From the IMG/VR virus record IMGVR_UViG_2675903231_000002: DNA of 64,000 bases, one strand, 5' to 3'. This DNA is from an uncultured virus (IMG/VR IMGVR_UViG_2675903231_000002). Taxonomy: Duplodnaviria > Heunggongvirae > Uroviricota > Caudoviricetes. Made by a program: the position numbers and the translations under genes. Positions 17,577 to 27,647 of this stretch are shown one piece after another. The notes under the pieces are model-generated. The model was not told the DNA's origin, made no database searches, and was given only the letters and a program-made list of their open reading frames with translations. The number at the start of each line of letters is the position of its first letter. Position 1 is the first letter of the stretch.

Positions 17577-18847
17577 GTCAGCTACCCCAGCCCTAAAGGG
17601 CGGGGCTTGCACCTAGCCTTACGGCTGGCACGATAGGCTGGCTGACAGCAGCCCGCCAGTAGCAGCCATGCCACTGCTGGCAAGGTACTTCCGGGCAATG
17701 TTGCGAGCCGCGTTCAAATCAGCATTCAGTTCAAATCCGCAGTTCCGGCACAAGAAGCGTGATTGCGTCCGTCGGTTAGAACGGTGGACGTATCCGCAAC
17801 ATGAGCACATCTGCGACGTATGGCGAGGGTCAATGCCAACGACAACGCAACCCTTCTCCACCGCCTTGTATTTCAGGAACGAACGTAATTGTGCAAACGT
17901 CCACGAATGCAAGCGGCGGCGGGACTCTCGTCCGCGTTGCTTGACGCGCGTGCGGATGTGATTCAAGTTCTCGACGACAATCACAGTGCCGGGTTCAACG
18001 GAATCGACGATACGCCGACTGAGAACGTGGTCGCAATCGCGGCGGAAGCGGTGAACCTTCCCGGACAGGCGGCGCAAATGCCGCTTGGCCGAGCGAGTGC
18101 CTTTCGCCTGAAGCGCACGCTTCAATCGGAAATACCTGCGGTCAATCTCTTTCCAACGCTTCTCACCGAGGAAGTTGGCGGTGGATGTGACAGCGGGATG
18201 GTTCAATCCCATGTCCACGCCGACGACATTCCCGGTTGGGGAGAAGGAGGCATCTGGAATGGTCACCACGAGATGCAGCCAAAACCGGCCCTTTCGATAG
18301 ACCAGATCGGCGCTATCGAAGCCAGTAGCTTGAGCGAGGAGACGATCCGCATGTGGATTGCGAGCGAATTCAACCGACTGACGGCTTGCAACCGTAGAAA
18401 GGCTGACAACACTCGCGTTCGGGTGAAATGTGTATGTCCGCGCATCGTACCGGATCGGGACCAAGTTCCCGTGGGGGCAAGACGTCTTGCTGCCTTTCTT
18501 CAACCGGTTCAAAGCGGACTTGACGGCCTCCGTCGCACGCACCCGCGCGGCAATCAAAAGTTGCGCAGGCAAGTCCGGATGTTCCACACGGAGAGTGCGG
18601 TACGTCTCGTGGTGCAGCGTCACACCGTTCTTACAACGCTTCTGCCAGCCAACAGCACAGACAGCGTTAAAACAAGCGGTGTGCTCCACGAGGGTCCGCA
18701 ACAGAATTTCCTCCTGTTTGGTTGTGGGTTTCAACAACAATCGGATCGTTCTCCTCATATTTCATACCCTAGCACATTTCGCAGAAAGAGGATGGCGACG
18801 CTCCTCCCCATGCCTAAAGACAGGGGTCTCCGCGCCGGTATAGACTG
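17577..18847 (-). mobile_element. IS200/IS605 family, IS1341-type (tnpB only) element 1
   Basis: Subterminal hairpins (ggagacccctgtctttaggcatgggg at left end; gccccgccctttagggctgggg at right end); ends in TGAC and is preceded by TTAT. Confidence 0.85.
17619..18758 (-). CDS. tnpB: RNA-guided endonuclease TnpB
   Basis: RuvC D-E-D (VGVDMG, VVENL, NADLNAARNI) and zinc finger CSCCG...CRNCG. Confidence 0.95.
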   Translation of the reverse strand: MRRTIRLLLKPTTKQEEILLRTLVEHTACFNAVCAVGWQKRCKNGVTLHHETYRTLRVEHPDLPAQLLIAARVRATEAVKSALNRLKKGSKTSCPHGNLVPIRYDARTYTFHPNASVVSLSTVASRQSVEFARNPHADRLLAQATGFDSADLVYRKGRFWLHLVVTIPDASFSPTGNVVGVDMGLNHPAVTSTANFLGEKRWKEIDRRYFRLKRALQAKGTRSAKRHLRRLSGKVHRFRRDCDHVLSRRIVDSVEPGTVIVVENLNHIRTRVKQRGRESRRRLHSWTFAQLRSFLKYKAVEKGCVVVGIDPRHTSQMCSCCGYVHRSNRRTQSRFLCRNCGFELNADLNAARNIARKYLASSGMAATGGLLSASLSCQP

Positions 18848-18937
18848 ATAAGATATCCGCTTACGCCGCTTTTTATGTACATCTCGTTCGCGCCCGACAG
18901 AAACATACACTTCGTGTGCGTTGGGTTCATGTGTATG

Positions 18938-20141
18938 GTCATGAACCCCAGCCCTAAAGGGCGGGGCTTGCAGTTGTAGCCTGCGCTATACCGCGTACGG
19001 CTGCATGACTTCAGCCCTACGGCGAATGTTCACCGCAGCGATGGTGTCGGCTGGGCCAGCGAACCCACATTCGACACACTCAAAATTATCCCTTGTGGGG
19101 CGATTGCGTTTGTCCGCATGACCGCAGCTTGGACATGTTCGAGATGTATTGCGCGGATCGACGAACACCACGGGCACACCCGCCAAACGTGCCTTGTACT
19201 CGATGAAGAAGCGAAGCTGATGGAATGCCCAGGAATGCTGGGTGCGACGCTGAGCCTTGCGAACCGTTATCCGGTCACGAATGCCCTTGAGATCTTCAAG
19301 TGCAATCCCGCGCCCGGTGTCTTTGGCTTTCGCAACCAGCACTTTCGCAATGCGATGGTTTACGTTGGTGGCGAAACGGGCTTCCTTGCGGCGACGCTTC
19401 TTCAGCAGACGCTTGGCAGACTTTGTGCCTTTCGATTGCAGGCGTTGGCGAAGGCGTGCGTGGCGATGGCGCAGTCCGTTCACGTGCCCTCCAGAAAACA
19501 CCTCGCCGTCGCTGTCTGTCGCGATGTTCTTAATGCCCAAGTCCACGCCAAGAAATCCATTTGGAGCACCTTGTGGTGGATCTGGGACATCCACAACGAC
19601 AGCGAGGTAGAAGGTGCCATCGCGGTAAATCAGGTCGGCTTGTCCACGAATCCGCTGGAGGCGTGCAGCCTGGTACTCGCCAAACAAAATGGGGACCAAG
19701 ATGCGGCCGCCAAGCGTTAGGATGGACACGCGATCAAGACCTTTCCAAGAAAGGAGGCGTTGGTCATATACGATGGCGCCATGCGGCTTGAATGTCGGCT
19801 TTATCGACTTGTCTCGCTTGTACGCTTCGCACGCCTTAGCGATAGCACGGACGGTCATTTGGGCTGAAAGCCCAAATTCCTTGCGGATACTGTCGTACAC
19901 GAGCTTTTGCAACCGGATCTTGTTTGCAGTGCGATGTTCGAAAGCCACTTCCGCAATCGCATTGCAAGCCGCATTGAACCGTTCCATCGTCTCAAGCAAC
20001 GCTTGGTGCTGTTCAGTTGTGGGTAGCAGCTTGACCATCAACGTCAGGTTCATGCCGTTATTATAGCACAAATCGTTCAATACAATAAGAGCGCGTTTCC
20101 TCCCCATGCCTAAAGACAGGGGCTTCCGCGCAAATCATATG
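18938..20141 (-). mobile_element. IS200/IS605 family, IS1341-type element 2
   Basis: Same terminal hairpins as element 1; right end in TGAC; left boundary approximate. Confidence 0.8.
18986..20053 (-). CDS. tnpB: RNA-guided endonuclease TnpB
   Basis: LGVDLG, IALEDL, ADTIAAVNI; CPSCG...CVECG. Confidence 0.95.
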   Translation of the reverse strand: MNLTLMVKLLPTTEQHQALLETMERFNAACNAIAEVAFEHRTANKIRLQKLVYDSIRKEFGLSAQMTVRAIAKACEAYKRDKSIKPTFKPHGAIVYDQRLLSWKGLDRVSILTLGGRILVPILFGEYQAARLQRIRGQADLIYRDGTFYLAVVVDVPDPPQGAPNGFLGVDLGIKNIATDSDGEVFSGGHVNGLRHRHARLRQRLQSKGTKSAKRLLKKRRRKEARFATNVNHRIAKVLVAKAKDTGRGIALEDLKGIRDRITVRKAQRRTQHSWAFHQLRFFIEYKARLAGVPVVFVDPRNTSRTCPSCGHADKRNRPTRDNFECVECGFAGPADTIAAVNIRRRAEVMQPYAV

Positions 20142-20240
20142 GTGAGTTCAACACACTATTCCGATTTTAAATCCTTTGTAGAACCCTTGTCCCCCGAACG
20201 TGACCTTTCGCAGCATTGAACCAAGCGGAGGTGATGATGC

Positions 20241-20444
20241 ATGCTGCCGCTCGTTTCAGCTGCGTTAACCATCGCCCGGGCCATGCGGGGACTAACCATT
20301 CCGGAGGTTGCGATCATGGCCGGGGTGACCCCGGACGATGTGTTTGACGCTGAGAACTTTCTCGAAGACGTACACCCCGCTACCGTCCAGATCATCGCAG
20401 GGGCACTCGGGATTGACCTGCGTTTGGTGGAGAAGTCTTTCTAA
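20241..20444 (+). CDS. XRE-family HTH regulator
   Basis: 'ARAMRGLTIPEVAIMAGVT...IAGALG'; GGAGGTGA RBS. Confidence 0.75.
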   Translation: MLPLVSAALTIARAMRGLTIPEVAIMAGVTPDDVFDAENFLEDVHPATVQIIAGALGIDLRLVEKSF

Positions 20445-20467
20445 CTCAGTTCGGCGCAGGGCCTGTT

Positions 20468-20671
20468 TCAAACCAGGTCCCTGCGGCCGCCCGGGATGAG
20501 TTGGAGCTGGGGACGTGTGGGTTCCACCTGCACGTCCTTTTCGTCGTCATCGAACAATCCGAGCGTCATCTGCTCGATCTCGAAACGGCGCATGGGGGTT
20601 CGACAGAATTTGCAGTACGAGTCTGAGCTGGTTCTGCCGCACTTGGGACATTGATTCGTGATTATCACCAT
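20468..20671 (-). CDS. small Zn-ribbon protein
   Basis: CPKC...CKFC and QMTLGLF clamp-like motif. Confidence 0.55.
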   Translation of the reverse strand: MVIITNQCPKCGRTSSDSYCKFCRTPMRRFEIEQMTLGLFDDDEKDVQVEPTRPQLQLIPGGRRDLV

Positions 20672-20725
20672 TGGCTATCCCTCGTTGCCTCGCTGTAGCT
20701 GTACATGAACGGATGTTTGTTGTGG

Positions 20726-21229
20726 TCAATGGGTGCGAAAAGTCCGATTGGCCCAGGTTACGAAATCGTCCAAGGACATGACGCGGATGTTCTTCCCGGC
20801 TACATCAGCGCCATACAGTCGTTCCTGTGCCGCACGTTTGAGCCAATCCATGGCCCCTTTCTTTGCTCCCGAACCGCCAAGAACGATAAAAATATCCTTT
20901 TCTGGCATGGCCTCGATGGCATTGAGGTAGACGTACGGGTACTTCTCGTCTACGCTTCCCGAGGATTGTTGCCATTTGCATTCGATCCGAATGCGCAGGT
21001 TGTAATCTGCTGAGACGAGCAAGAATTCGGTCTTGCCCTCGTGGCCATAGATCGACGTGTACGGTGCGTGTTGGAGTAGCAGCTCGGTGCCGTATCGTTC
21101 CGGGCGCTTGATGTACTTGGAGAACGGGACGACCGTGAAGCCCTTACTGGTCATGACTTCGCGTATCATCCGTTCCAAGACGGTGCCGGAACTGTTTGCG
21201 AATCCACCCTGGGTGCTCGGACGGTTCAT
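20726..21229 (-). CDS. PD-(D/E)XK nuclease, putative restriction endonuclease
   Basis: 'TEF...RIECKWQQSSGSVDEK' motif; coupled to dam. Confidence 0.75.
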   Translation of the reverse strand: MNRPSTQGGFANSSGTVLERMIREVMTSKGFTVVPFSKYIKRPERYGTELLLQHAPYTSIYGHEGKTEFLLVSADYNLRIRIECKWQQSSGSVDEKYPYVYLNAIEAMPEKDIFIVLGGSGAKKGAMDWLKRAAQERLYGADVAGKNIRVMSLDDFVTWANRTFRTH

Positions 21230-22038
21230 TGGTGCGTACCTCCAAAGAGTGCGAGAACTTCAGTTGCTGTTCCCCGGTTTTCTCCGTCGCAGCTGATGAA
21301 ACGACGCACCTCGAGGTGCTCCACATCTGCCGCGGCGTACGCGTTTTCCGTGAAATCCGTCGCGTGATTGGAGATGAGGACCGGGATGCCCCGCTCTCCA
21401 AGCGTCGTAGCCAGGCGTGCCAAGTCCCGTTGGTCGTCCGGTCCGAATCCTCCGGCCGCGTAGTCAGTAAAATTCGCGGTGTCCGAGAGTGGGACGTATG
21501 GCGGGTCGCAGTAGATCACGTCACCAGATTGGGCCTGGCGCATGACCACGCGAAAGTCTTGGCACACGAATATGGCATGTTGAGCTTTCTGCGCGAAGTA
21601 CCGCATTTCCTCTTTTGGAAAGTACGGGCGCTTGTACCTTCCAAATGGGACGTTAAATTGGCCACTCGTGTTGTACCGGCACAGGCCGTTGTATCCGTGA
21701 CGGTTGAGATACACGAACAGGGCGGATTTGCGCCATGGATCCGTTGTCTCGTTGAACTCTGCACGGAGCGCGTAGTACCGCTCAGACGTGTTGTTCTCGG
21801 GTACGAACAACGTCTCGCAGTACGTGATGAACGAATCTCCATGTTGTTTGAGTGTCTCGTAGACCTGGATGAGGTCTTGGTTGATGTCGGACAACACGTA
21901 CTCTGGGTAGTCCGTGTTCAAGAAAACTGCACCTGAACCTACGAATGGCTCTATGAGCCGGCGTCCAGGTGGCAATCGACGTTTGATATGCTCAACGATG
22001 CGGTACTTCCCGCCGGCCCATTTGAGGAATGGTCGCAT
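21226..22038 (-). CDS. dam: Dam-family N6-adenine DNA methyltransferase
   Basis: LKWAGGK, EPFVGSGAV, FNVPFG, YCDPPY. Confidence 0.95.
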   Translation of the reverse strand: MRPFLKWAGGKYRIVEHIKRRLPPGRRLIEPFVGSGAVFLNTDYPEYVLSDINQDLIQVYETLKQHGDSFITYCETLFVPENNTSERYYALRAEFNETTDPWRKSALFVYLNRHGYNGLCRYNTSGQFNVPFGRYKRPYFPKEEMRYFAQKAQHAIFVCQDFRVVMRQAQSGDVIYCDPPYVPLSDTANFTDYAAGGFGPDDQRDLARLATTLGERGIPVLISNHATDFTENAYAAADVEHLEVRRFISCDGENRGTATEVLALFGGTHQ

Positions 22039-22151
22039 ATACCTCTCCTTACGTCGTTGACGTCGTTGGCGGAGGTTTGAGCTCCGACCTGTACTTCATT
22101 CTACAGGACAAGCCATGGCTGCGCTGGAACAGCCGGGTTAGATTCGGTTGG

Positions 22152-24299
22152 CTATTCCTGCAGCACACGGAGATATCTGGAGAGTTCTACGGGCTCTCCG
22201 CCGTATTGCTGGGCAGCCATGAGATACAGGTTCTCCTTGGCGCGGGTGATGGCAACATAGCACAGCCTGGTTTCTTCTCTGAGGCTGGGGCCGGATAGGG
22301 ACTTGCGATGAGGAAGTATTCCCTCAACCAGGTCCACCACGAAGACCGTCCACCATTCGAGACCCTTGCTCTTGTGGATGGTCATGAGTTGAACCGCATC
22401 ATCCTTGGGTTGCCTGGACTTCTCAATTACCCAGTCCACATACCACAGGAACTCCGGCACCGTTTTGTATCTCGACGCTGATCGAATGAGCGCGTCCACC
22501 CATGTGACTGGTTCGTCATCGTCTTGTTGGCGCACTACTGTCGGGTGCGTTTGGACCAGCCATCGCAATGCTTCTGCGGGGTTCTCGTAGCGACTTAGCT
22601 CCTCCACGGTTTCGCGAAATGATCGGCACTTGGGGTGCGCCATGACCGCTTCCCACCCGCCGGCCTTTACCTCGTCCACGACCTGCTTTGGGATGAATCG
22701 TCTTGGGCGGTTGAGCAGTGGTATCCAGGTTGCAGGATCCGAATGGTCGATGGTGACACGGAGATAGTCCAGAAGCGTCTTCACATCTCGGTTCTCGTAA
22801 AAATGCTTGTCCCCCACGACCTGGTATGGTATGTCCTGCTCAGCCAGGGCTTCTTCGTACGCGCGAGACTGAACGTTTGTGCGGTACAAGATGGCGTATT
22901 CGCTCCACGGAATCCGGGGGTACCGCTCATGCAACCGTGCGATTTCTTCGGCCACGAATTTGGCCTCTCCCCAGTCCGATTTGGTTGTGATGATTTCCGC
23001 GGTGGATGTGTCCTCCGATACTTCGCGCGCCGCATGCACGCGTTTTTCGATTTGGTGACCGCGGTTTAGGGCTATCACTCGGCCGGCAAGTTCAAGTATC
23101 AGGTCGTGCGACCGATAATTGATGTCGAGTACGATCTTCCTGGCATCCGGAAATTCCTTCTGGAACTGAAACATCAGATCCGGCCGGGAGCCTCGAAAAC
23201 CGTAAATGGCCTGAAAGTCGTCGCCAATCACAAAGAGATTTCGTGTGTTGCGTACGAGCTCCAACAAGAACAGCCACTGCGAGTAGTTTGTGTCCTGAAA
23301 TTCGTCGACAAGCACGTATCTCCAGCGGCGTCTCCAACGGTCTCGAAAGTCCGAGTTGGTCTTGAAGAACCTGAGTACGTGCAACAGCATGTCGTCGAAA
23401 TCAAGGATGTGCCGTTCGGCCTTGAGCGCCTCGTATGCAGCATACACCTTTGCCAGTGTATTGTCCTGAACTTGCTCCGGCATAAGGGCCTCTGCTTTGG
23501 CCCGGGATACGTTCGTCAGGGCCTCCTGTGAGCTGGCGTATAGTGGCCCCACGCCGTGGGGATTTAGGTTGCTCGGTTCAGACAGTACAGTATCCATGAG
23601 CCAGGTTGGGTCTGCGGCAACTTTCCAGTCGTCCTTCAGGAACGATTTGAGCATGCGATAGGCTACAGCGTGCATTGTGCCAATGGTGACTTGTTTGGCT
23701 GCATCCCTTCCCACCACGTCTACGAGTCGGGTTCGCATTTCATCGGTCGCCTTGCGAGTGAACGTGCAGGCGAGAATTGAACGCGGGTCGACACCGCTTT
23801 CAATCAGGTACTGTATCCTTGCGATGAGTACGGCCGTTTTACCGGATCCTGCGGCGGCTATCACCATACATGGTCCATCTGTGTGTCGGGCTGCCTCCTG
23901 CTGAGCGGGATTGAGTTCTTGAAGTGACGGCACGTAGAACGTACTCCTTTCCCAGTTGGCGTATACCGCCTCTGCAGGGTCGGGCGTCGCCGAGGTTGTT
24001 GAAGTTTGTACAGACTCCGGGATTGACGGAAACCTGAAAATGTGGGTAAAGAATCGCGGGCAGTCTGGGGCGTGCTTGCCGCGAGGGTTCGTTACGAGGC
24101 AATAAGCCGGAGGACGCGTCTGATAACGGCGAATGTGCATGCGTACGGGTCGTTCGGGTTTGCACATGCACAAGAGTGTCGCGTTTTCGCGGTACAGGTC
24201 CTGGAGGAGTTCCTGCATGTGTCCCGGACCGGTTACCAACTCGGCATAGTTGAGCCGGATCGTTCCTCGACTTGTTGACGCCTCAATCCACCCCGCCAT
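22152..24299 (-). CDS. UvrD/PcrA-like SF1A helicase with extra Cys/His-rich N-terminal domain
   Basis: AAAGSGKT, LVDEFQD, GDDFQAIYGFRG, NYRS, TIHKSKGLEW, YVAITRAK. Confidence 0.92.
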   Translation of the reverse strand: MAGWIEASTSRGTIRLNYAELVTGPGHMQELLQDLYRENATLLCMCKPERPVRMHIRRYQTRPPAYCLVTNPRGKHAPDCPRFFTHIFRFPSIPESVQTSTTSATPDPAEAVYANWERSTFYVPSLQELNPAQQEAARHTDGPCMVIAAAGSGKTAVLIARIQYLIESGVDPRSILACTFTRKATDEMRTRLVDVVGRDAAKQVTIGTMHAVAYRMLKSFLKDDWKVAADPTWLMDTVLSEPSNLNPHGVGPLYASSQEALTNVSRAKAEALMPEQVQDNTLAKVYAAYEALKAERHILDFDDMLLHVLRFFKTNSDFRDRWRRRWRYVLVDEFQDTNYSQWLFLLELVRNTRNLFVIGDDFQAIYGFRGSRPDLMFQFQKEFPDARKIVLDINYRSHDLILELAGRVIALNRGHQIEKRVHAAREVSEDTSTAEIITTKSDWGEAKFVAEEIARLHERYPRIPWSEYAILYRTNVQSRAYEEALAEQDIPYQVVGDKHFYENRDVKTLLDYLRVTIDHSDPATWIPLLNRPRRFIPKQVVDEVKAGGWEAVMAHPKCRSFRETVEELSRYENPAEALRWLVQTHPTVVRQQDDDEPVTWVDALIRSASRYKTVPEFLWYVDWVIEKSRQPKDDAVQLMTIHKSKGLEWWTVFVVDLVEGILPHRKSLSGPSLREETRLCYVAITRAKENLYLMAAQQYGGEPVELSRYLRVLQE

Positions 24300-24429
24300 G
24301 GCGTTCGCCCCCTCGATCCCATTGTGGTATGAGGCACTTCGAGGAAGGACGCAAAATCTGTGCAATCCCCATGTAAGGGTGGTTTCAAGTTCTTTCCCCC
24401 ATTGACTATGGCCATTCACCTGAACCATT

Positions 24430-25050
24430 CACCTTGGCAATTGACCATGGGAAGGTACTTTTGACATGAACCAACACCATCGACTGTTATCATTCAAAAA
24501 CACTTTTCACATAAGGAATGAATTAGTTACATCGACAATCACATGTGACCTGTACAAGGTGTAGGGTCCATATAAAAGTTCAATGAAAATGTGAAAGTAA
24601 CGTGTGCTATGGAAAAGTACAGGTAACGTGGTTCATGCAAAAGTACAATCAACAATACACATTCAACATATTAAGTGACATTAGGAAGATAGAAATAGAA
24701 GCTAATGGTGCTTGTAGAAATGGTATGTGAATTGTGCCCAAAACAAATAGAAGTCAAACGTGAATGGTAAAAGTAGAAGGGCCACGGTATTAACAAAAGC
24801 CACAGGCAAAATAACAAGTGAAAGTAGACTCTTACAATAGATTGTGTAACGATAAGGGAACTTCAGGTTTAAGAATGGTATTGATAAAGGTGCCTGGATA
24901 AATAAGAAGGCACAAGTGAAATTGACAAGTCAAATAAACAATGACAATATAAAAGTGAACGTAACATGCGCCTTGGTAAGGCATAAGAGTATTCTGTTTG
25001 ATCCTTGGCTAAAGAACCAGTAGTAGAATATGAGGAAAACCGGCGTTTGG
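24430..25050. promoter_or_regulatory. AT-rich non-coding region with recurring AAA(G/A)TA(G/C)A-like motifs; candidate parS or origin
   Basis: About 620 bp without ORFs, much lower GC than the flanks, directly upstream of parA. Confidence 0.5.
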
Positions 25051-25060
25051 AGGTGTAACC

Positions 25061-25879
25061 GTGGCAACTGTATTCACGTTCGGGATTCAGAAGGGCGGTG
25101 TTGGGAAGACCACGACCACTGGCATAACCGCGTGGCTCTTGTCACAGAAGTACCGGGTGTTGGCGGTCGACTTTGACTCTCAGGGGAACTTGACACAACT
25201 CCTGACGGGCTATGATGACCTTCAAATCTTTCGTGAGAAAACCGTGTTGGAGGCAATTAAAACTCGGAATCCCCGAGAGTACATCTACAAAGTCAGCGAC
25301 AACCTGCACATCCTGCCGGCTGACGATTTCCTCTCCCAGTTTGCGCGTTGGCTGTACACTGAGTACCGCGGCCGGCAGAAGGCGACCGTCCTGAAGGAAA
25401 CGTTGGCTGTGGTATCAGATGACTACGACTACATCCTCATCGATTTGCCGCCGAATTTGGGCGAACAAACGATCAACGGCATCACGGCGGCCGACCACAA
25501 CATCGTTGTGCTTCAGGCGGAGCCGTTCTGCTACAACGCCCTCGGGAACTACTTGGAGATCCTGGTGGCGACTCAGGAGCAGGTTAACCCGGCTATGAAC
25601 GTGCTCGGTATCCTGACATCAGTGATCGATCCAAGAACCGGAGTGGGTCAAGGCATCTTGGCGAGAACCCGCGATGAATATAAAGATCTGGTGTTCGACA
25701 CCATCATCCACCGTCGCGCGCGGGTAGCGGAGTTTGCGATCACTGGAATCGAACAGCGGACGAAGAACGACCGCGAAGCTCTGCAGATGTACGAAAGCTT
25801 CATCGAGGAGTTGATGACACGTGTCAGCGAGTACGAAAGCCGAACAGTTGCTGCAACGAATGAACCGGCGGACAACTAA
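25061..25879 (+). CDS. parA: ParA/Soj partition ATPase
   Basis: QKGGVGKTT, VDFDSQGNLT, YDYILIDLPP. Confidence 0.95.
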   Translation: MATVFTFGIQKGGVGKTTTTGITAWLLSQKYRVLAVDFDSQGNLTQLLTGYDDLQIFREKTVLEAIKTRNPREYIYKVSDNLHILPADDFLSQFARWLYTEYRGRQKATVLKETLAVVSDDYDYILIDLPPNLGEQTINGITAADHNIVVLQAEPFCYNALGNYLEILVATQEQVNPAMNVLGILTSVIDPRTGVGQGILARTRDEYKDLVFDTIIHRRARVAEFAITGIEQRTKNDREALQMYESFIEELMTRVSEYESRTVAATNEPADN

Positions 25880-26405
25880 TACCGCCTCGTCCGTGGACGA
25901 GGGCATTGACCAGAAGAAAGACATTCTTGAGACCATCGTTGGTGCGGTTGGGGTTCCCGATGAATCGGTGCAGGGGCCTGCGGTAGTAGACCAAGTGCAG
26001 CCTCCCATTGAAACTACTACCGACCGTGCGGAATCACTGGCATCAGTCGCCTTAACAGGTTCCGATGACAAGACACAAGTGGAAGTTAACAGCACCTTTG
26101 AAAATGGCATGGGACATCAGGAAGTAAAAGAGACAAGTGATATTGACTTGTCAAAGGGACTTGCATCCATTGCAGACCAGGTTGTCAGAGAGATCAAGTC
26201 GAAGAAAACAAAGAAGGATACACACAGGAAGGCAACGTACGAACTACCGATTGAACTCTTGGAGCGGTTCGACCGTATCGCCAGTCTTATGAAGGAACCA
26301 CGGGGATTTAAAGAAAGGACCATACAGCATTTGCTCGAACGGTTCTGCGACGAGATGGAAGTTCAACTTCAGGCACGACAGAAACAGCATAGAAGGAAAC
26401 CGTAA
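25821..26405 (+). CDS. putative type Ib centromere-binding protein
   Basis: Overlaps parA; flexible N-terminus and C-terminal RHH-like 'RKATYELPIELLERFD'. Confidence 0.6.
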   Translation: MSASTKAEQLLQRMNRRTTNTASSVDEGIDQKKDILETIVGAVGVPDESVQGPAVVDQVQPPIETTTDRAESLASVALTGSDDKTQVEVNSTFENGMGHQEVKETSDIDLSKGLASIADQVVREIKSKKTKKDTHRKATYELPIELLERFDRIASLMKEPRGFKERTIQHLLERFCDEMEVQLQARQKQHRRKP

Positions 26406-26439
26406 CCGCGGTGGCCGGGAACCCGGCGCCGCGGTTCTA

Positions 26440-27645
26440 TCATGGTCGTGAATCGAGCGCAGGGGTGAGCAGGGCGTCCATCCACACTTGTCCGGTCTCC
26501 TCCAGTCCATCCAACGCGCGTCCCTCAATGACAGCAAGGCTTTGATCAGGTAGGAACGGACAAGTACACACGACGGTCTTGCTCCAAGCGCCAGCGTACT
26601 CTCCCGGATGTACAGGGAGCCGGTTCGGCGCCATGTTGACCACCAGCAGTTTAGGTGAGAGATGGGAAACGAGTGAGACTTTCTCCGGGTCTGGTGGTAC
26701 AACGAGTACGTCAACGGAATCCTCGAGGTCTGACAAACGCGCGTCGATGACAACTGTCACCTGGTCTGGAATGCCGCGTAAGGCTTTACGCACCGAAGCC
26801 AGTGACGGACCGCAACCTTGGGCGGGCAACACCATCAACCCGTCGGACAGGCGCCACGTCTCGTTCAGGCTCAATCCACCGTGAACCCAGGTATTAGCGC
26901 CGTCCCAGTCTGTTGGGCCGTGAAGCCAGCGCGTGAGAATCGGCCGGTCGCTGGCCTCGATAAGCACCGTAATGTCTCGATTCACCAGGGCACGTGCCAG
27001 GTGCAAAGCTACAAAAGAGACACCTGACCCGGGCAGGCCGCTCACGGTGACCACGCGGGGCCCGCGCGCACGTGGCTCCGCTGACTTGGTGATGGGACCG
27101 CGTGCGCGCCAGTCTGATAAGCGTAAACCGGGTCGTACGGCCGGACGCTTGGCAGTCTGCGGTTCCGTTGATTGCTCGACAGATTCCGGCGCGTCTTTTC
27201 TCCACGTGAGTGGTTTTCGAGAGCGCTGTCCCTTGTACAGGTCATCCTCCATCTGTACGAAGGCCTGCACGTCTCCATAGGTGCCAGGGTGGTCAATACG
27301 CTCGAACACAGCCTCCAGAACGATCTCGTCCGCGAGCAAGAGATCGTATACGCCCCGGTGGACGAGAGCGGTTACCAGCGGGTCGCCCGCGGGGCGGCTT
27401 TGGTCCAGGAACACAATACGAACTCCGCGCCGACGGAGATGTTCGACGACAGCTACGAATCCCGCGTCGCCCGCGCCGGAGTCGGGGAGGACGCGGGTCA
27501 GGATGACGACGTCGCCCTGGTCCAAAGGAAGGACGGTGAGGCCTTGCAGGTACGATACAGTCTGTACGGTGTAGAGGTCCTTGTATCTGTTCCGTAAGGC
27601 CTCATCGAGGTCGTCTAGACCTGTTGCGATTACCAACTTCGCCAT
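26440..27645 (-). CDS. Receiver-like plus P-loop protein (CpaE/TadZ-like)
   Basis: 'LVHRGVYDLL' receiver-like N-terminus; 'SGLPGSGVSFVALHLA'. Confidence 0.55.
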   Translation of the reverse strand: MAKLVIATGLDDLDEALRNRYKDLYTVQTVSYLQGLTVLPLDQGDVVILTRVLPDSGAGDAGFVAVVEHLRRRGVRIVFLDQSRPAGDPLVTALVHRGVYDLLLADEIVLEAVFERIDHPGTYGDVQAFVQMEDDLYKGQRSRKPLTWRKDAPESVEQSTEPQTAKRPAVRPGLRLSDWRARGPITKSAEPRARGPRVVTVSGLPGSGVSFVALHLARALVNRDITVLIEASDRPILTRWLHGPTDWDGANTWVHGGLSLNETWRLSDGLMVLPAQGCGPSLASVRKALRGIPDQVTVVIDARLSDLEDSVDVLVVPPDPEKVSLVSHLSPKLLVVNMAPNRLPVHPGEYAGAWSKTVVCTCPFLPDQSLAVIEGRALDGLEETGQVWMDALLTPALDSRP

Positions 27646-27647
27646 TC

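Noticed and set aside
17889..18848. Long antisense ORFs (also 21196..21936, 32013..32720, 48926..49789)
   Set aside because: Shadow frames opposite well-supported genes in GC-rich DNA.
17619..20053. TnpB proteins as Cas12f-like effectors of the arrays
   Set aside because: Both have ordinary IS ends and are not adjacent to an array; the arrays have a cognate type IV operon with cas6.
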